Virus record (IMG/VR): IMGVR_UViG_3300017971_000201
Coordinates: 32,001 to 96,000 of that record
Origin: a virus
Reading direction: 5' to 3' (one strand)
DNA length: 64,000 bases
Shown here: piece by piece, positions 33,960 to 43,740 of the stretch
How the letters are laid out: the number at the start of each line of letters is the position of its first letter
How positions within the stretch are numbered: the first letter of the stretch is position 1
The notes under the pieces: model-generated
Seen by the model: only the letters and a program-made list of their open reading frames with translations
Database searches by the model: none
What the model was told of the DNA's origin: nothing
Position numbers and translations under genes: made by a program

Positions 33960-36151
33960 CAGTCAAGTCCTCCAGCGTTGAAGAGGAATCTGATGCCGGC
34001 GACGTTTGGCGAACCAAGGGGTACATAGCCGGTCACACGGAGCGTCGTGCTCGAGATCTTCTCGAGTAGCACGATCTCGAATCGGTCATCCCCGCTGTTG
34101 TGGTTCGGGTTCCACTTGGAGATGCCAGTGGTAGCGAACAAGATGTCCGACATGCTGTGAGTAGCACCGAAGTCCCACGTCTTGGTCCAGGTGGTACCTG
34201 GCAGGTATGGAGAGGTTCCTTGCGGAATGTTCGGCGTCTCCGGGAGCGCGTAGGTGCCATCGCCGGACGACTTCTCGAATCCCGGCCCCTGGGGTCCCTT
34301 CGATCCTGTCGGTCCTGTCGGACCGCCGGACGCGTCTGGTCCGGTTGGCCCCGTCGGTCCTCTCTGCGTGATGTTGGCGACGCCGCCTCCGGTGGTGTAA
34401 GCGCCGAGGAAATTGAGCGTGTGGTAGTAGCCATCCGGCAGCGGGTTGCCGGTGTCCTCGATCGAGTTGATCGCCCCGGCCTTTCCGTCCACGGCGTTCG
34501 GGGCCACAAGCGCCCGGCCCGACAGCGATGTGGTCGCATCGATGACAGGCTCGGCGTCGGCATTCTTGAAGAGGTAGGGCAGATAGTCGAACTGGGACAC
34601 CTGCATCGTATCCCAAACCGGAAAGAAGAAACGAAGAGTAGGCCCTCCCTCCAGCGCCAATGCGGTTTCAGTAGCGATGCCGGCGCGAACGTAGAAGGAC
34701 AGCGTGAACCGCCGCCGCAGCAATCCGGCCGAAGCGCCGGAGGTAGCGGCAGATGTCGAGAGCTGGATCTCGGTGGGCACCGTGTCATAGGCGGCGACCA
34801 CCGTAGAGCCCGCCCCGAGATTGACCGTAACTCCGGTCATTGCCCCGGTCGCGTAGCTGATCGTCCCGGGAGCTGTCAACGCGGTGCTCGTGAGGTTCCC
34901 GGCTCCGTCATCGATGATCGTATCTGCGCCAACACCGTCCACGACGACGTCGATCACGACGGTTCCCGGAGTAATCGCTGTTGGGTTCGAGAGCGGGGTC
35001 GTCGAAAGATCGTGAGGAGCCGGCGCACCGCCGATCGTCGCGAGCAGCTCGCCGGTCACAGACTGAGGAATCGCGGCGACCTCGTAGTAGTCATCGACCG
35101 TGTCCTGCACGATGTCGCCGACTTCAACCTGGTTCGGGAAGTCTGTGCCAGCTCCGCTGACACGATCGCTCGTGGCCACGAAGGTGAGCGTGCCGGTCAG
35201 CGCCACCTCGGAGAGCGTCAGCCGCCCATAGGCCGCCACTCTGGAGGCGTTCTGGATCCTCCGCTCGGTTGTGGTGTCGATGACCATACAGACGTTGCGC
35301 TCGGAGTCCGACAGCGCACCGGCGGGGACCACAGCTGGGAGCGTCCCACCGGTGATCGCGCCATCTCGCTCCTCGGAAGCGAACCCCTGGATGTTCTCGA
35401 CCGGCGTATTCGACCGGTAGAGGGCGGAGAAGGACCGGCTTACGTTGATGCTGCCTGTGGGGGCCGACGGCAGCGTAATGTCCTCGCTGACGATCGTCCG
35501 CAGTTCCTTCCCGAGCCGATCGGCAATGGCCGGCCCGGCGGCGTCGGCGTCGAGGCGCTCGCGCAGACTCGGGTGCGTGAATCCGGTCAGGTCGGTCCGG
35601 GCGTTCTCGACCTCCTGCACCAGCGAGACGGCCGCGATGAGATCCTCGACCGACCCAGACTGCATGAAGCCATATCCCAACGGCGCGCTGGCGTAGGCGA
35701 AGGGACTGCTCCGATCGCTCGGCTGGTCGATGGAGATCGTGTTGGCGGCCGTCACGACACCGAGTCGAATCACCGTCCGCTCGTTGATCGCTCCGACAGG
35801 CTGCGTAACGATCTGAGCCGAGAACGCGCTGCCGATTGCACCGGCCGCTGTGAGAACCACGTCAGCCGGATAGGACGAGTGACCGGTGAAGTCGAGCGTG
35901 ATCACCTCGGTTGTCACGACATCGAGCGCGACCATGGGATCATCGGACGACGTGAGCCGGGCCTGGGAGACGCCATAGACCGGGTCTGGGGCGAGGGTCA
36001 GGATGTTGTTCTCGAAGGTGGGGATGAAGCCGTAGTAGACGCCGCGCGGGATCCCGAGGAAGCTCCGGTTCGCGGCCTCGGAGACATAGCGCTCCCCATG
36101 TCGGAACTTCACGTTCTGCTTGTCGACCGTGATCGTCGGGAAGACAGCCAC
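33959..36151 (-). CDS. tail fibre protein, paralogue 1 (sheath-like insert)
   Basis: GTG 36151; PRGVYYGF, AIADRLG, YYEVAAI, YHTLNF and collagen repeats. Confidence 0.75.
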   Translation of the reverse strand: MAVFPTITVDKQNVKFRHGERYVSEAANRSFLGIPRGVYYGFIPTFENNILTLAPDPVYGVSQARLTSSDDPMVALDVVTTEVITLDFTGHSSYPADVVLTAAGAIGSAFSAQIVTQPVGAINERTVIRLGVVTAANTISIDQPSDRSSPFAYASAPLGYGFMQSGSVEDLIAAVSLVQEVENARTDLTGFTHPSLRERLDADAAGPAIADRLGKELRTIVSEDITLPSAPTGSINVSRSFSALYRSNTPVENIQGFASEERDGAITGGTLPAVVPAGALSDSERNVCMVIDTTTERRIQNASRVAAYGRLTLSEVALTGTLTFVATSDRVSGAGTDFPNQVEVGDIVQDTVDDYYEVAAIPQSVTGELLATIGGAPAPHDLSTTPLSNPTAITPGTVVIDVVVDGVGADTIIDDGAGNLTSTALTAPGTISYATGAMTGVTVNLGAGSTVVAAYDTVPTEIQLSTSAATSGASAGLLRRRFTLSFYVRAGIATETALALEGGPTLRFFFPVWDTMQVSQFDYLPYLFKNADAEPVIDATTSLSGRALVAPNAVDGKAGAINSIEDTGNPLPDGYYHTLNFLGAYTTGGGVANITQRGPTGPTGPDASGGPTGPTGSKGPQGPGFEKSSGDGTYALPETPNIPQGTSPYLPGTTWTKTWDFGATHSMSDILFATTGISKWNPNHNSGDDRFEIVLLEKISSTTLRVTGYVPLGSPNVAGIRFLFNAGGLD

Positions 36152-36423
36152 TACGGCACCACCTCGCCCACCCTCGCGTCGCTCCCCTCCACGCCCCTGG
36201 TACCGGCGCTGAGGGTCGATCCGGTGCCGACGGCGAAGTACTCGGTCAACAGACCGGGGATCTTCTGCTCGCGAGACACGGCCGTCGGATCCTCCGGCTC
36301 GACAGGCGTGATCTCGAACGACTGGCCGAACCATCCGCCGGTGAAGATGAACGTAGGCTCGTAATCATCATCAGCCGGCGTAGGACCGTCCCATCCGAAC
36401 GTGTAGACCCGCCTGGTCGTCAC
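36151..36423 (-). CDS. hypothetical protein
   Basis: Coupled to neighbours on both sides. Confidence 0.6.
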   Translation of the reverse strand: MTTRRVYTFGWDGPTPADDDYEPTFIFTGGWFGQSFEITPVEPEDPTAVSREQKIPGLLTEYFAVGTGSTLSAGTRGVEGSDARVGEVVP

Positions 36424-36887
36424 AGCGGTGTGCGCTCCGTATCGTTGTCGATGTTGGTGAACAAGGGAGCGCTGTTCGCGTTGTTGCGGTACTCATAGCG
36501 GTTGCCCATTGTCCTGACGACTCGCCCGGAGGCAGCCGCGTTCGCTCGGGCGAGAGCCGCCTGCACGGTGATCGAGCCATCCACGCCGTCGGTCAGAACG
36601 ACGAACAGGGCCGCCACAAACACCTCGGACGTCCGGTTGTACGAGCCGGAGACGATCGTGTGTCCGGCGTCGTCGTACACGGTATAGACGACCGTCACGA
36701 AGTCCTCGGCCGGCATGGCTTCCGTGTCGACCGTGTAGAGGCCCGTGGCACGATGGACGAGATCCACGGTGGTCAGGTGCCCACCAGACGCTCCGTAGAT
36801 GTCCGCCTGTGGGTACTTCGTCGTGACCCCATCCGGGAGCTGCAACGACAACGGAAGCGTGTCGCCTTGCCTGATCAGGGTGCTCAT
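36420..36887 (-). CDS. hypothetical virion protein (Ig-like)
   Basis: RBS GGAGGAG; IRQGDT start. Confidence 0.65.
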   Translation of the reverse strand: MSTLIRQGDTLPLSLQLPDGVTTKYPQADIYGASGGHLTTVDLVHRATGLYTVDTEAMPAEDFVTVVYTVYDDAGHTIVSGSYNRTSEVFVAALFVVLTDGVDGSITVQAALARANAAASGRVVRTMGNRYEYRNNANSAPLFTNIDNDTERTPL

Positions 36888-36943
36888 TCAGCTCCTCCTG
36901 TGACCGAACTTACCACCATCTGCCGACGGAACGCCCCATCTTC

Positions 36944-38347
36944 CTAGACGCCGGAGATCCGCGAGACGATCCGCATGTTCATGTTGGGATAGGTGCCCGT
37001 TAGGTCCGCCCATGCGTCCCAGAAGAACTGGTAGCTGTTGCCGGCCGGGGTCGTGGCAAGCTGCTCGTTGCCATCGTCGCCGTCCCCTTGTGTCATCGGA
37101 AGCCACTCGTCGCCATCGACCGAGTACTCGCCGAAGATGTCTACCGGTCGCGAGCTAGCATCCCGGACGTCGTAGTCGATCTCGACCCGGCCATCCCACG
37201 GCTGAGCGACGCCAGTGATGGACGTCGTCGGTTGGAGGTTCGTGAACGTCCGCAGCGCCCCGAACCGCTCGTCCGGCGGCATCACCCGGTGGGCAAAGGT
37301 AGCCCGGACGTCGATCTCCGACACGCCATCCCACGTAGCCAGCTGAGTGGAGCTGCTACTGTGGACCAGGATGTTCTGGACCTCGTTGACGCGGCGCCGG
37401 TCATCCTGGAAGAGCGTGAAGCCGCCGTCCGAGATGCTCTGGATCGCCGAGGGGAGCAGACCGGTGGTCACGTCTGTGAAGGTGAAGACCGGGAAGGCTG
37501 CCGAATTGGTCTTGACCAGCTTCGAGCCGAGCGCGGCCGAGTAGAGGATACACAGCTCGTCGATCTTGTTGACGAACAGCAACGCCGGCGGTGCGTCCGG
37601 CACGATCGTGAGCGGCCCCAGGCTGGGGATCCCGGTAGCTGGGAGCTTGTTCCAGGCCGGCGGGGTAACAGGAGCCGTTGGCTGCCACGCGGCGTCGAGC
37701 TGGTAGAGGGACAGCGCTGACCCTGGCTTCAGGAAGTAGAGGCCGTTGTTCCAGAACGCGAACGAGCCGACGGTCGCATCTTGGCCGTCGAGGTTACCGT
37801 CGTCGCCGTCGTCGAAGGCGCCGCCCATCGTGTTGGTGATCGGGTTGTAGTAGATGACCCCGCTCGCCGTGGCGTACCAGATGACCTGCCGCCAAGCGAT
37901 CGAGGTGCAGCCTTCGGAGACAGTCGGCTGGACCGGAGCGCCGATCGGCACCGGAGCGTTCCATGTCGCGCCATCGACCGTCCGTTTCACGAGAAGACCG
38001 TCCACGCTGGCGGAGTTCTGGCGCCACACGCTCATCACGAGGTAGTCCTGAACGACCTCTAGGCTGATCGGAACGACGGTCCCGGACACAGGTGGGAGAG
38101 CGGCCGATGGGATGTCGGACCACGTCCCGCTCTGGTAGACCGCGACACGTGCCTCGCCAGATGTGTGGATGTAGAGCAGGTAGGGATCGCCCTGGTAGAC
38201 AGCGATGTTGTTCCTGGTTCGGTTCGGGTACGCTGTCGACGTGACGGCTCCCGAGATCGCGGCACCGACGTCGGTCACGACGTTGTTGATCGTGTCGACC
38301 GTGACGACCTTGCCGGTGTCCCGCCTGAACGCTAGCGCCTTGGCCAT
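36944..38347 (-). CDS. hypothetical virion protein (beta-propeller-like + C-terminal Ig-like)
   Basis: RBS AAGGAGAG; KRTVDGATW Asp-box-like and EYSVDGDEW motifs. Confidence 0.65.
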   Translation of the reverse strand: MAKALAFRRDTGKVVTVDTINNVVTDVGAAISGAVTSTAYPNRTRNNIAVYQGDPYLLYIHTSGEARVAVYQSGTWSDIPSAALPPVSGTVVPISLEVVQDYLVMSVWRQNSASVDGLLVKRTVDGATWNAPVPIGAPVQPTVSEGCTSIAWRQVIWYATASGVIYYNPITNTMGGAFDDGDDGNLDGQDATVGSFAFWNNGLYFLKPGSALSLYQLDAAWQPTAPVTPPAWNKLPATGIPSLGPLTIVPDAPPALLFVNKIDELCILYSAALGSKLVKTNSAAFPVFTFTDVTTGLLPSAIQSISDGGFTLFQDDRRRVNEVQNILVHSSSSTQLATWDGVSEIDVRATFAHRVMPPDERFGALRTFTNLQPTTSITGVAQPWDGRVEIDYDVRDASSRPVDIFGEYSVDGDEWLPMTQGDGDDGNEQLATTPAGNSYQFFWDAWADLTGTYPNMNMRIVSRISGV

Positions 38348-38348
38348 G

Positions 38349-38534
38349 CTAGCTCTCCTTTTCCGAGAGAGCCCCAAGAAGGTCAATCGCACTCGGCTCG
38401 TAGAGCATCGCGTGCCTGACCCTCTGGTACTCTTCCTCGCTGAGACCGACGACGTTCCTCGCGAGCCACTCCGGCGACACGAACTGCCTCATCTTCTCGG
38501 CCCACAGCAGTCTCAGTTCCAGTGTCCTGCTCAT
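38349..38534 (-). CDS. small hypothetical protein
   Basis: ATGA overlap; 61 aa, ending SAIDLLGALSEKES. Confidence 0.55.
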   Translation of the reverse strand: MSRTLELRLLWAEKMRQFVSPEWLARNVVGLSEEEYQRVRHAMLYEPSAIDLLGALSEKES

Positions 38535-39460
38535 ACCGTGTCCGCCACCACGGTCCCGATCCACGTCTGACTCGCTGCGGTCAACAGCGAAACGATCGGG
38601 CCGTCCATCCACATGCCGGCGGCGTAGTTGCCGGCATCGATGTCCTGCACCCACGTCTGGCTCGAGCCGCGCAGTCCATCGAAGACGATCCTGTCGATCT
38701 CCACGTAGATCGGCTTGAACCGCAGCAGCCGTTCGGCCAGGCGCGAGGCTACATCCGCGTCGAAGTCCTGTGACGGGTTGGCCGTCGGGTAGAAGATCAG
38801 CCGCAGGAAGTGGGACCGCTTCTCGTCCTTGATGCCCAGGTACTTGGGCCACAGCGCAAAGCGGTCGTTGTACTCCGCGTCGAGGGGAACCGAGTCGGTG
38901 ACCTCGCTGTTGAAGTATGGGACGAACACGGTCGGATCGACCGGAGTCAGCGCGGCGCTGGGATCAGCGCTCTCGGCCCAGAGGGGAATGATCTCGACCA
39001 GGAGATCCTCGAAGGCGGCGAGGATCGTGTAGCCCAGATCCGTTCCCTTGTGCAGGAACAGCTGGGCCGCGTTGAGAACCTCCGAGCGCTGAAGCCGCTC
39101 GTTCTTCGCGGGATCGAGCGTGATGCCCACGTTGTAGGCCAGCATCGGGAGCTGGTCGATCGGGCAGGTGACCGCGTCCCACAGGCTCGGGAAGATCACC
39201 CACTTGGCCAGCAGCTCGTTCAGGAGCGGCTTGACGGCCTCGAGAATGCCACGGAGCGGCTCGGGAACATCGCTGCCGAGACCGTCCTCGTCCCGCATGT
39301 CATCGGGGAGGATCCGCCAGGTGACCTCCTCGGCCCAGTCGCCGCGCCCGAAACCGACGTTGAACGGGTACGGGCCGCCGCCTGGGACGCTGAACAGCGC
39401 GCCGCCATGCGGGTGCCCGAAGGGGTTGTGCCCGAAGCCGATTCTCGACGGCTTGCCCAT
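38531..39460 (-). CDS. baseplate wedge protein (P2 gpI / T4 gp7-like)
   Basis: DAVTCPIDQLPMLAYNVG...QR....A..LF..KGT motif; RFKPIYV. Confidence 0.8.
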   Translation of the reverse strand: MGKPSRIGFGHNPFGHPHGGALFSVPGGGPYPFNVGFGRGDWAEEVTWRILPDDMRDEDGLGSDVPEPLRGILEAVKPLLNELLAKWVIFPSLWDAVTCPIDQLPMLAYNVGITLDPAKNERLQRSEVLNAAQLFLHKGTDLGYTILAAFEDLLVEIIPLWAESADPSAALTPVDPTVFVPYFNSEVTDSVPLDAEYNDRFALWPKYLGIKDEKRSHFLRLIFYPTANPSQDFDADVASRLAERLLRFKPIYVEIDRIVFDGLRGSSQTWVQDIDAGNYAAGMWMDGPIVSLLTAASQTWIGTVVADTV

Positions 39461-40444
39461 TTAGACGTTGATCCTCCTGTGAGCTACAAAGACCTCGCCC
39501 ACCCCGGTCGGGGTCACGAGCGTGACGAAGCCGGTCCCGGTGTCGAGCGTGTAGTCGTCGGGATCGACCAGGATGGCGCCACCACGGAACAGGTCCACGT
39601 CGTCCAGCACCGGGGCGGTCACGAGCATGTCGAGCAGTGCCGTGGCCGGGGCCGGCTTGATCACGAGCGGAGTGAGGTGCGAGTGGCCCAGCACGAGCGA
39701 GATCGGGTCACGGGTCTCACGCAGGATAACGAAGCGCTCACTCCCGTGGACCGTCGCGATGACGAGGTTCACGATCCCGGTCCCCAGGTTGACCGAGTAG
39801 TCGTCGGGCGCGGCGATGAGCTGCCCGTTCCGGTAGACGTCCACCCGGACCAGATCCGGGGCGGTAATGCCGGCGTCGAGCGCAGAGACGCCGGCCGAGG
39901 ACGGCTGGATGACGAGCGCAGGCTCGTGCTGGTGAAGCGGAAGCAGCGACTCGGGGAACAGGCCGCCGCCGAACAGCTCACCCTCCTGGCCGTCCTTGAG
40001 GCTGAGGCCGTTCTGGAAGTAGAGCTTGTCCCCCACCCGGGCGCAGAACAGCCGCAGATCCGGGAGCCGCGTCCCCTCGAGATAGATCCGGTTGCTGCGG
40101 TAGAGCGTCAGCTCCGTCCTCGTGCTAAGCGCGCGCGGAAGGATGAAGAACAGCACCTCCCCGTCTTGCAGCTCCGCCGATGCTCCGCCGGCGATGTAAG
40201 CCTCGAACGTGGTAGAGAACCCGGTGACCTCGATGTCGTGGGTCCAGTAAACCAGCCCGTTCGGCGGCGCTCCGGTGGTGTCCCACCCGACCGTGCCGGC
40301 GGAGAGGAACTGGAGCTGGCTGTTCTCGGCATTGCTGTAGCCGATGGCGTCCACGGCCAGCGACCCGTCACGGGACGTTTCGTAGTAGGGCTCCTCGAAC
40401 TCCGAGGGGACCGGTATCGAAAGACGCGGGGTGAGATCGGCCAT
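39461..40444 (-). CDS. baseplate/fibre-attachment protein
   Basis: TPRLSIPVP start; two tandem V.VYRNG....PDDY.V..GTG.V.L repeats. Confidence 0.65.
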   Translation of the reverse strand: MADLTPRLSIPVPSEFEEPYYETSRDGSLAVDAIGYSNAENSQLQFLSAGTVGWDTTGAPPNGLVYWTHDIEVTGFSTTFEAYIAGGASAELQDGEVLFFILPRALSTRTELTLYRSNRIYLEGTRLPDLRLFCARVGDKLYFQNGLSLKDGQEGELFGGGLFPESLLPLHQHEPALVIQPSSAGVSALDAGITAPDLVRVDVYRNGQLIAAPDDYSVNLGTGIVNLVIATVHGSERFVILRETRDPISLVLGHSHLTPLVIKPAPATALLDMLVTAPVLDDVDLFRGGAILVDPDDYTLDTGTGFVTLVTPTGVGEVFVAHRRINV

Positions 40445-40454
40445 CTCGTCTCTC

Positions 40455-42071
40455 CTACTGCACCGTGACCGCCGGGATCTCGCCCATGGTGATCACCTCG
40501 AAGTCCTCGATCTCCAGGTCGCCGAAGCTGTTGACCCGGCCCAGCGACTCGGTATCGCCGGTGATGGCGGCGTGGCTCCAGTCCACCCCGGTGATGCTGT
40601 TGATCAGCTGGTAGATGTCGCTGATGCGGATCGACGTCCCGTAGGCCCTGCCCAGAAGCTCGCTCTCGAGCTGGGACCGAACCTCGGCCGCCACAGTCTC
40701 CTTCTGCTCCTGGCTGGCATAGTCCTCGGTCGTCGTGATCGACACCGTCAGGTCGACCGAGAGGAGGTTGACGGAGCCGTCGGTGACGTGGACCTTGGCT
40801 GTGCTGACTGCCTTCTCGTCGAGGAACGCTTCCAGCGCCTCGGCCAGGCCGACCGGAGCAGTCACGTATCGTCCGACGTCGTCCTCGGCGAGGATCTGGG
40901 CCAGGATGATCTCCGTCTGGCCGTTCGAGGCCAAGACCCGGTCCCAGTAGTTGTAGAGCCGGTCGATGGTGTCCTGCGGGACGCCGGCGTTCGTCATCTC
41001 CTCGAGAATCGTGAGGGCCTCGGCGTCCTGCTCCACGCCCCTGGGCGTGGTCGCGCGCCCAATCGCCACACTGCCCCAGGTCGGGTCGGAGAAGGAGTTG
41101 ATCCAGCCGTCCAGGTCGTCCTGGGTGACCGCGCGCTGGGCTGACTGGAAGACCAGGCGCGCGTTCACCTTGATCGAGTTGATCGTCTCCCGGTCGGACC
41201 CCGGCGTGGAGGGCTCGTCGTGTGTCAGGGTCGCCTCGACCAGCGTCGTGCCGGCCACGATGGGTTCCATGAAGGCTGTCACCGTGTTTGCCGGAACGGA
41301 ACCGCTGGTACCGCTGGTCACGAAGAACCGCCAGCGCAGCTCGGCGTCCTTCAGGGGGATGTTCCCAGCGATTCCGTCGCCGAGCACCGCGCGCGGCGGC
41401 GAGAACCCGTACTGAAACTCGAACTGGTTGGTCTGCTCGAACTCCAGGAAGCGGCTTTCGTCCCACTCGACGTTGGACACCCAGAGCTGTGGACTATCCT
41501 GGGCGATCGAGAACCCGTCTGGGACGTTGGTGATCGTGAAGGTCTGTGCCGGCTCGCCGGTGGACACGAAGACCGACTCGAGCGACTCTCCCTGCCGAGC
41601 GTCGAACTCCTTGGGACCCGACTCTCCGACGTCGAAGATGGTCTCGTCTACGACCTCGAAGATCAGACCGCTCGGCCCCTGGAGCTTGCGGCCCTTCTCG
41701 ATCGTGAACCGGCTCGGGGCCGGGGCGGCTAACGTCATCGTGATACGCACGGCTGGAGGAACAGCCGCCGCCGGCTTGTAGCCCAGCTGGCGGGCGATCG
41801 TGACAGCCGCAGCTCGCAGGCGCACATCGCGCAGGTTGGTGTCGTCCGCCTGCCGATCCCCGTACCAGTTCATTGTGGAGAGGCCGAAGGCGAACATCTC
41901 GATCAGGACGATGCCCTGCTCGGAGGCCACGATGTTGCTCGCCACCTCGTCCCCGAAGCGGAGCTGGAGGAACGAGATGATCTCGTCGCGGTTGGTCTCG
42001 AAGTCCTTGCCGAAGAGGCCGGACCGAACCAAGTCCCGCGCGGTCGCGCTCAGCGAAATGCCGTTGCTCAT
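40455..42071 (-). CDS. baseplate J-like wedge protein (T4 gp6-like)
   Basis: KDFE, IARQLGYKP, LGDGIAGNIP, GSDRETINSIK and QRAVT.DD motifs. Confidence 0.9.
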   Translation of the reverse strand: MSNGISLSATARDLVRSGLFGKDFETNRDEIISFLQLRFGDEVASNIVASEQGIVLIEMFAFGLSTMNWYGDRQADDTNLRDVRLRAAAVTIARQLGYKPAAAVPPAVRITMTLAAPAPSRFTIEKGRKLQGPSGLIFEVVDETIFDVGESGPKEFDARQGESLESVFVSTGEPAQTFTITNVPDGFSIAQDSPQLWVSNVEWDESRFLEFEQTNQFEFQYGFSPPRAVLGDGIAGNIPLKDAELRWRFFVTSGTSGSVPANTVTAFMEPIVAGTTLVEATLTHDEPSTPGSDRETINSIKVNARLVFQSAQRAVTQDDLDGWINSFSDPTWGSVAIGRATTPRGVEQDAEALTILEEMTNAGVPQDTIDRLYNYWDRVLASNGQTEIILAQILAEDDVGRYVTAPVGLAEALEAFLDEKAVSTAKVHVTDGSVNLLSVDLTVSITTTEDYASQEQKETVAAEVRSQLESELLGRAYGTSIRISDIYQLINSITGVDWSHAAITGDTESLGRVNSFGDLEIEDFEVITMGEIPAVTVQ

Positions 42072-42448
42072 CGTGCCCCCGCCGCGTCGAACGGAATCTG
42101 GGTCCGCCTGGCGTCACCGATCGACCCTCGCTGGCGCCAGACGACTTCGAGCACGATTCTACTGTCTTGGCTCGATACGAGAATCTCGTCCACCACGACT
42201 CGGGGCTCCCACTGCTCGATCGCCCGCCTGGCCTCCACCTTCGCTCGCAACACTGTAGACCGGGACAGGTTGGAGAACAGGAGCCTCTTGAGCCCGGATC
42301 CGAACAGCGGCCGGCGCACGCGCTCCCCGATTCCCGTCTTGAGGATCGTCTTGATCGAGATCTCCAGAAGGGCGAGATCGGTGGCCGCCTCCGGGTAGCC
42401 CCTGGACGTGAATCGGATCGGTCCGTAGAGCCCCTTGATCGTGGCCAT
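42068..42448 (-). CDS. baseplate gp25/GpW-like protein
   Basis: SIKTILKTGIGERVRRPLFGSGL...AIEQWEPRV. Confidence 0.9.
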   Translation of the reverse strand: MATIKGLYGPIRFTSRGYPEAATDLALLEISIKTILKTGIGERVRRPLFGSGLKRLLFSNLSRSTVLRAKVEARRAIEQWEPRVVVDEILVSSQDSRIVLEVVWRQRGSIGDARRTQIPFDAAGAR

Positions 42449-43740
42449 CAGTTGCCCCTCAGCGCGGCGGTGGACATGGCGGCCGGCACGACCGGCTGAA
42501 TCGGCTTACCGGTAGGTCCGCCAGCGTTGCCGTTCAGATGAGTGTGGTTCTCCAGGTAATCGAAGAAGCGCTCATCGACGAGACGGTACTTGACCCCGAG
42601 CGTCCCCACCAAGCAGGTCCCAGGCCCGAGCGACGAGTTGAGCTGGATTCCCGCACCGGTAACGATCCACGGACCGATGGACGTGTGAAGCACTCCAGCG
42701 TCCTGCGATGTTCTGACACCGGCGAACGTCTCGTTCGCGGCGCCACCGCCGGTGATCTGGGTCGGCGCCCCGCCAGAACTCACCATTGTCAGACCTGAGC
42801 CGGTGAGCGACAGCAGACCTGCGGCCGTCACGGTCGCGGCGCCGCCGGCCGTCACGTTAGCCGCACCCCCGGCCTGCACGTTGACCAGCGCCGGCGCCGT
42901 CACACTCACGCCGGCTGGCGACAGGTTGACGATGTTGCCGTTCGCGTCCTGCACGTTGATCGAGGCCGGCGAATCGATGAACTCGGCCTTCTGCTGGCCG
43001 ACTGTCTGGACGGTGATCTTGCTGGGATTCGTGTCGATCCTGATCGTGCTGCCGTTCACGAGTTGGATGACGATGTTGTCCTGAGCGTCGCTGATCTTGA
43101 TGAAGTGGCCCTTCGCCGACTTGTGCTCGATCGCCTCCTGGCCGGTGATGTCGATCCAGCTGGAGGTGTGGCCCTTGAACGAGGAGACGACGATCTGCTC
43201 CTCGTTGGTCTTGTCGGAGAGGAGCACCTGGTGGTGCCGGGTCGCCGCAGTACCGGCTCCGCCCTGCGCCCCGGTCCACAGTTCGACCTTCTGTTCGTTG
43301 TCCTTGTCCTCGAACAAGAGCCCGTGGCCGGCCTTCGTCTTGATCCCGCGCTTCGTGGGCTCGCCGCCCTGGGTCGCGAACTCCTGCGGCACCTGGGAGC
43401 CGGCCGCGCTCCTATCCTGGTTCCGGTTCCCCCACCAGGACCCAGAGAACATGGGCACACGAAGGTCGCCGCGATCGAACCAGACCCAGACCTTGTCGTC
43501 CTTGTTGGGAGGGAAGAAGCTCCCCTTGTCTGGGCCGGCGAAGTCGGAGCTGGGATACGCCCAGAGACTCAGCTCGCCCTTGCGGCCGGTTACCTGCTCG
43601 CAGCTGACCTTGACACGTCCCTGCCCCTGCGGATCCTCCGTGTTCACCACAGTCGCCTGATACTTCGAGTAGTGCCGGCCTGTGGCGTACTCCATGCCGT
43701 GCGAGCGAATATTCTTGATGAAACGGAAGAACGGTCCCAT
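42448..43740 (-). CDS. baseplate spike (gpV / gp5 / VgrG OB-fold + beta-helix)
   Basis: ATVVNTEDPQGQGRVKV, FFPP..DKVWVWFDRGD..P, TKAGH.L.FED, and a terminal HTH metal-binding tip. Confidence 0.9.
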   Translation of the reverse strand: MGPFFRFIKNIRSHGMEYATGRHYSKYQATVVNTEDPQGQGRVKVSCEQVTGRKGELSLWAYPSSDFAGPDKGSFFPPNKDDKVWVWFDRGDLRVPMFSGSWWGNRNQDRSAAGSQVPQEFATQGGEPTKRGIKTKAGHGLLFEDKDNEQKVELWTGAQGGAGTAATRHHQVLLSDKTNEEQIVVSSFKGHTSSWIDITGQEAIEHKSAKGHFIKISDAQDNIVIQLVNGSTIRIDTNPSKITVQTVGQQKAEFIDSPASINVQDANGNIVNLSPAGVSVTAPALVNVQAGGAANVTAGGAATVTAAGLLSLTGSGLTMVSSGGAPTQITGGGAANETFAGVRTSQDAGVLHTSIGPWIVTGAGIQLNSSLGPGTCLVGTLGVKYRLVDERFFDYLENHTHLNGNAGGPTGKPIQPVVPAAMSTAALRGN

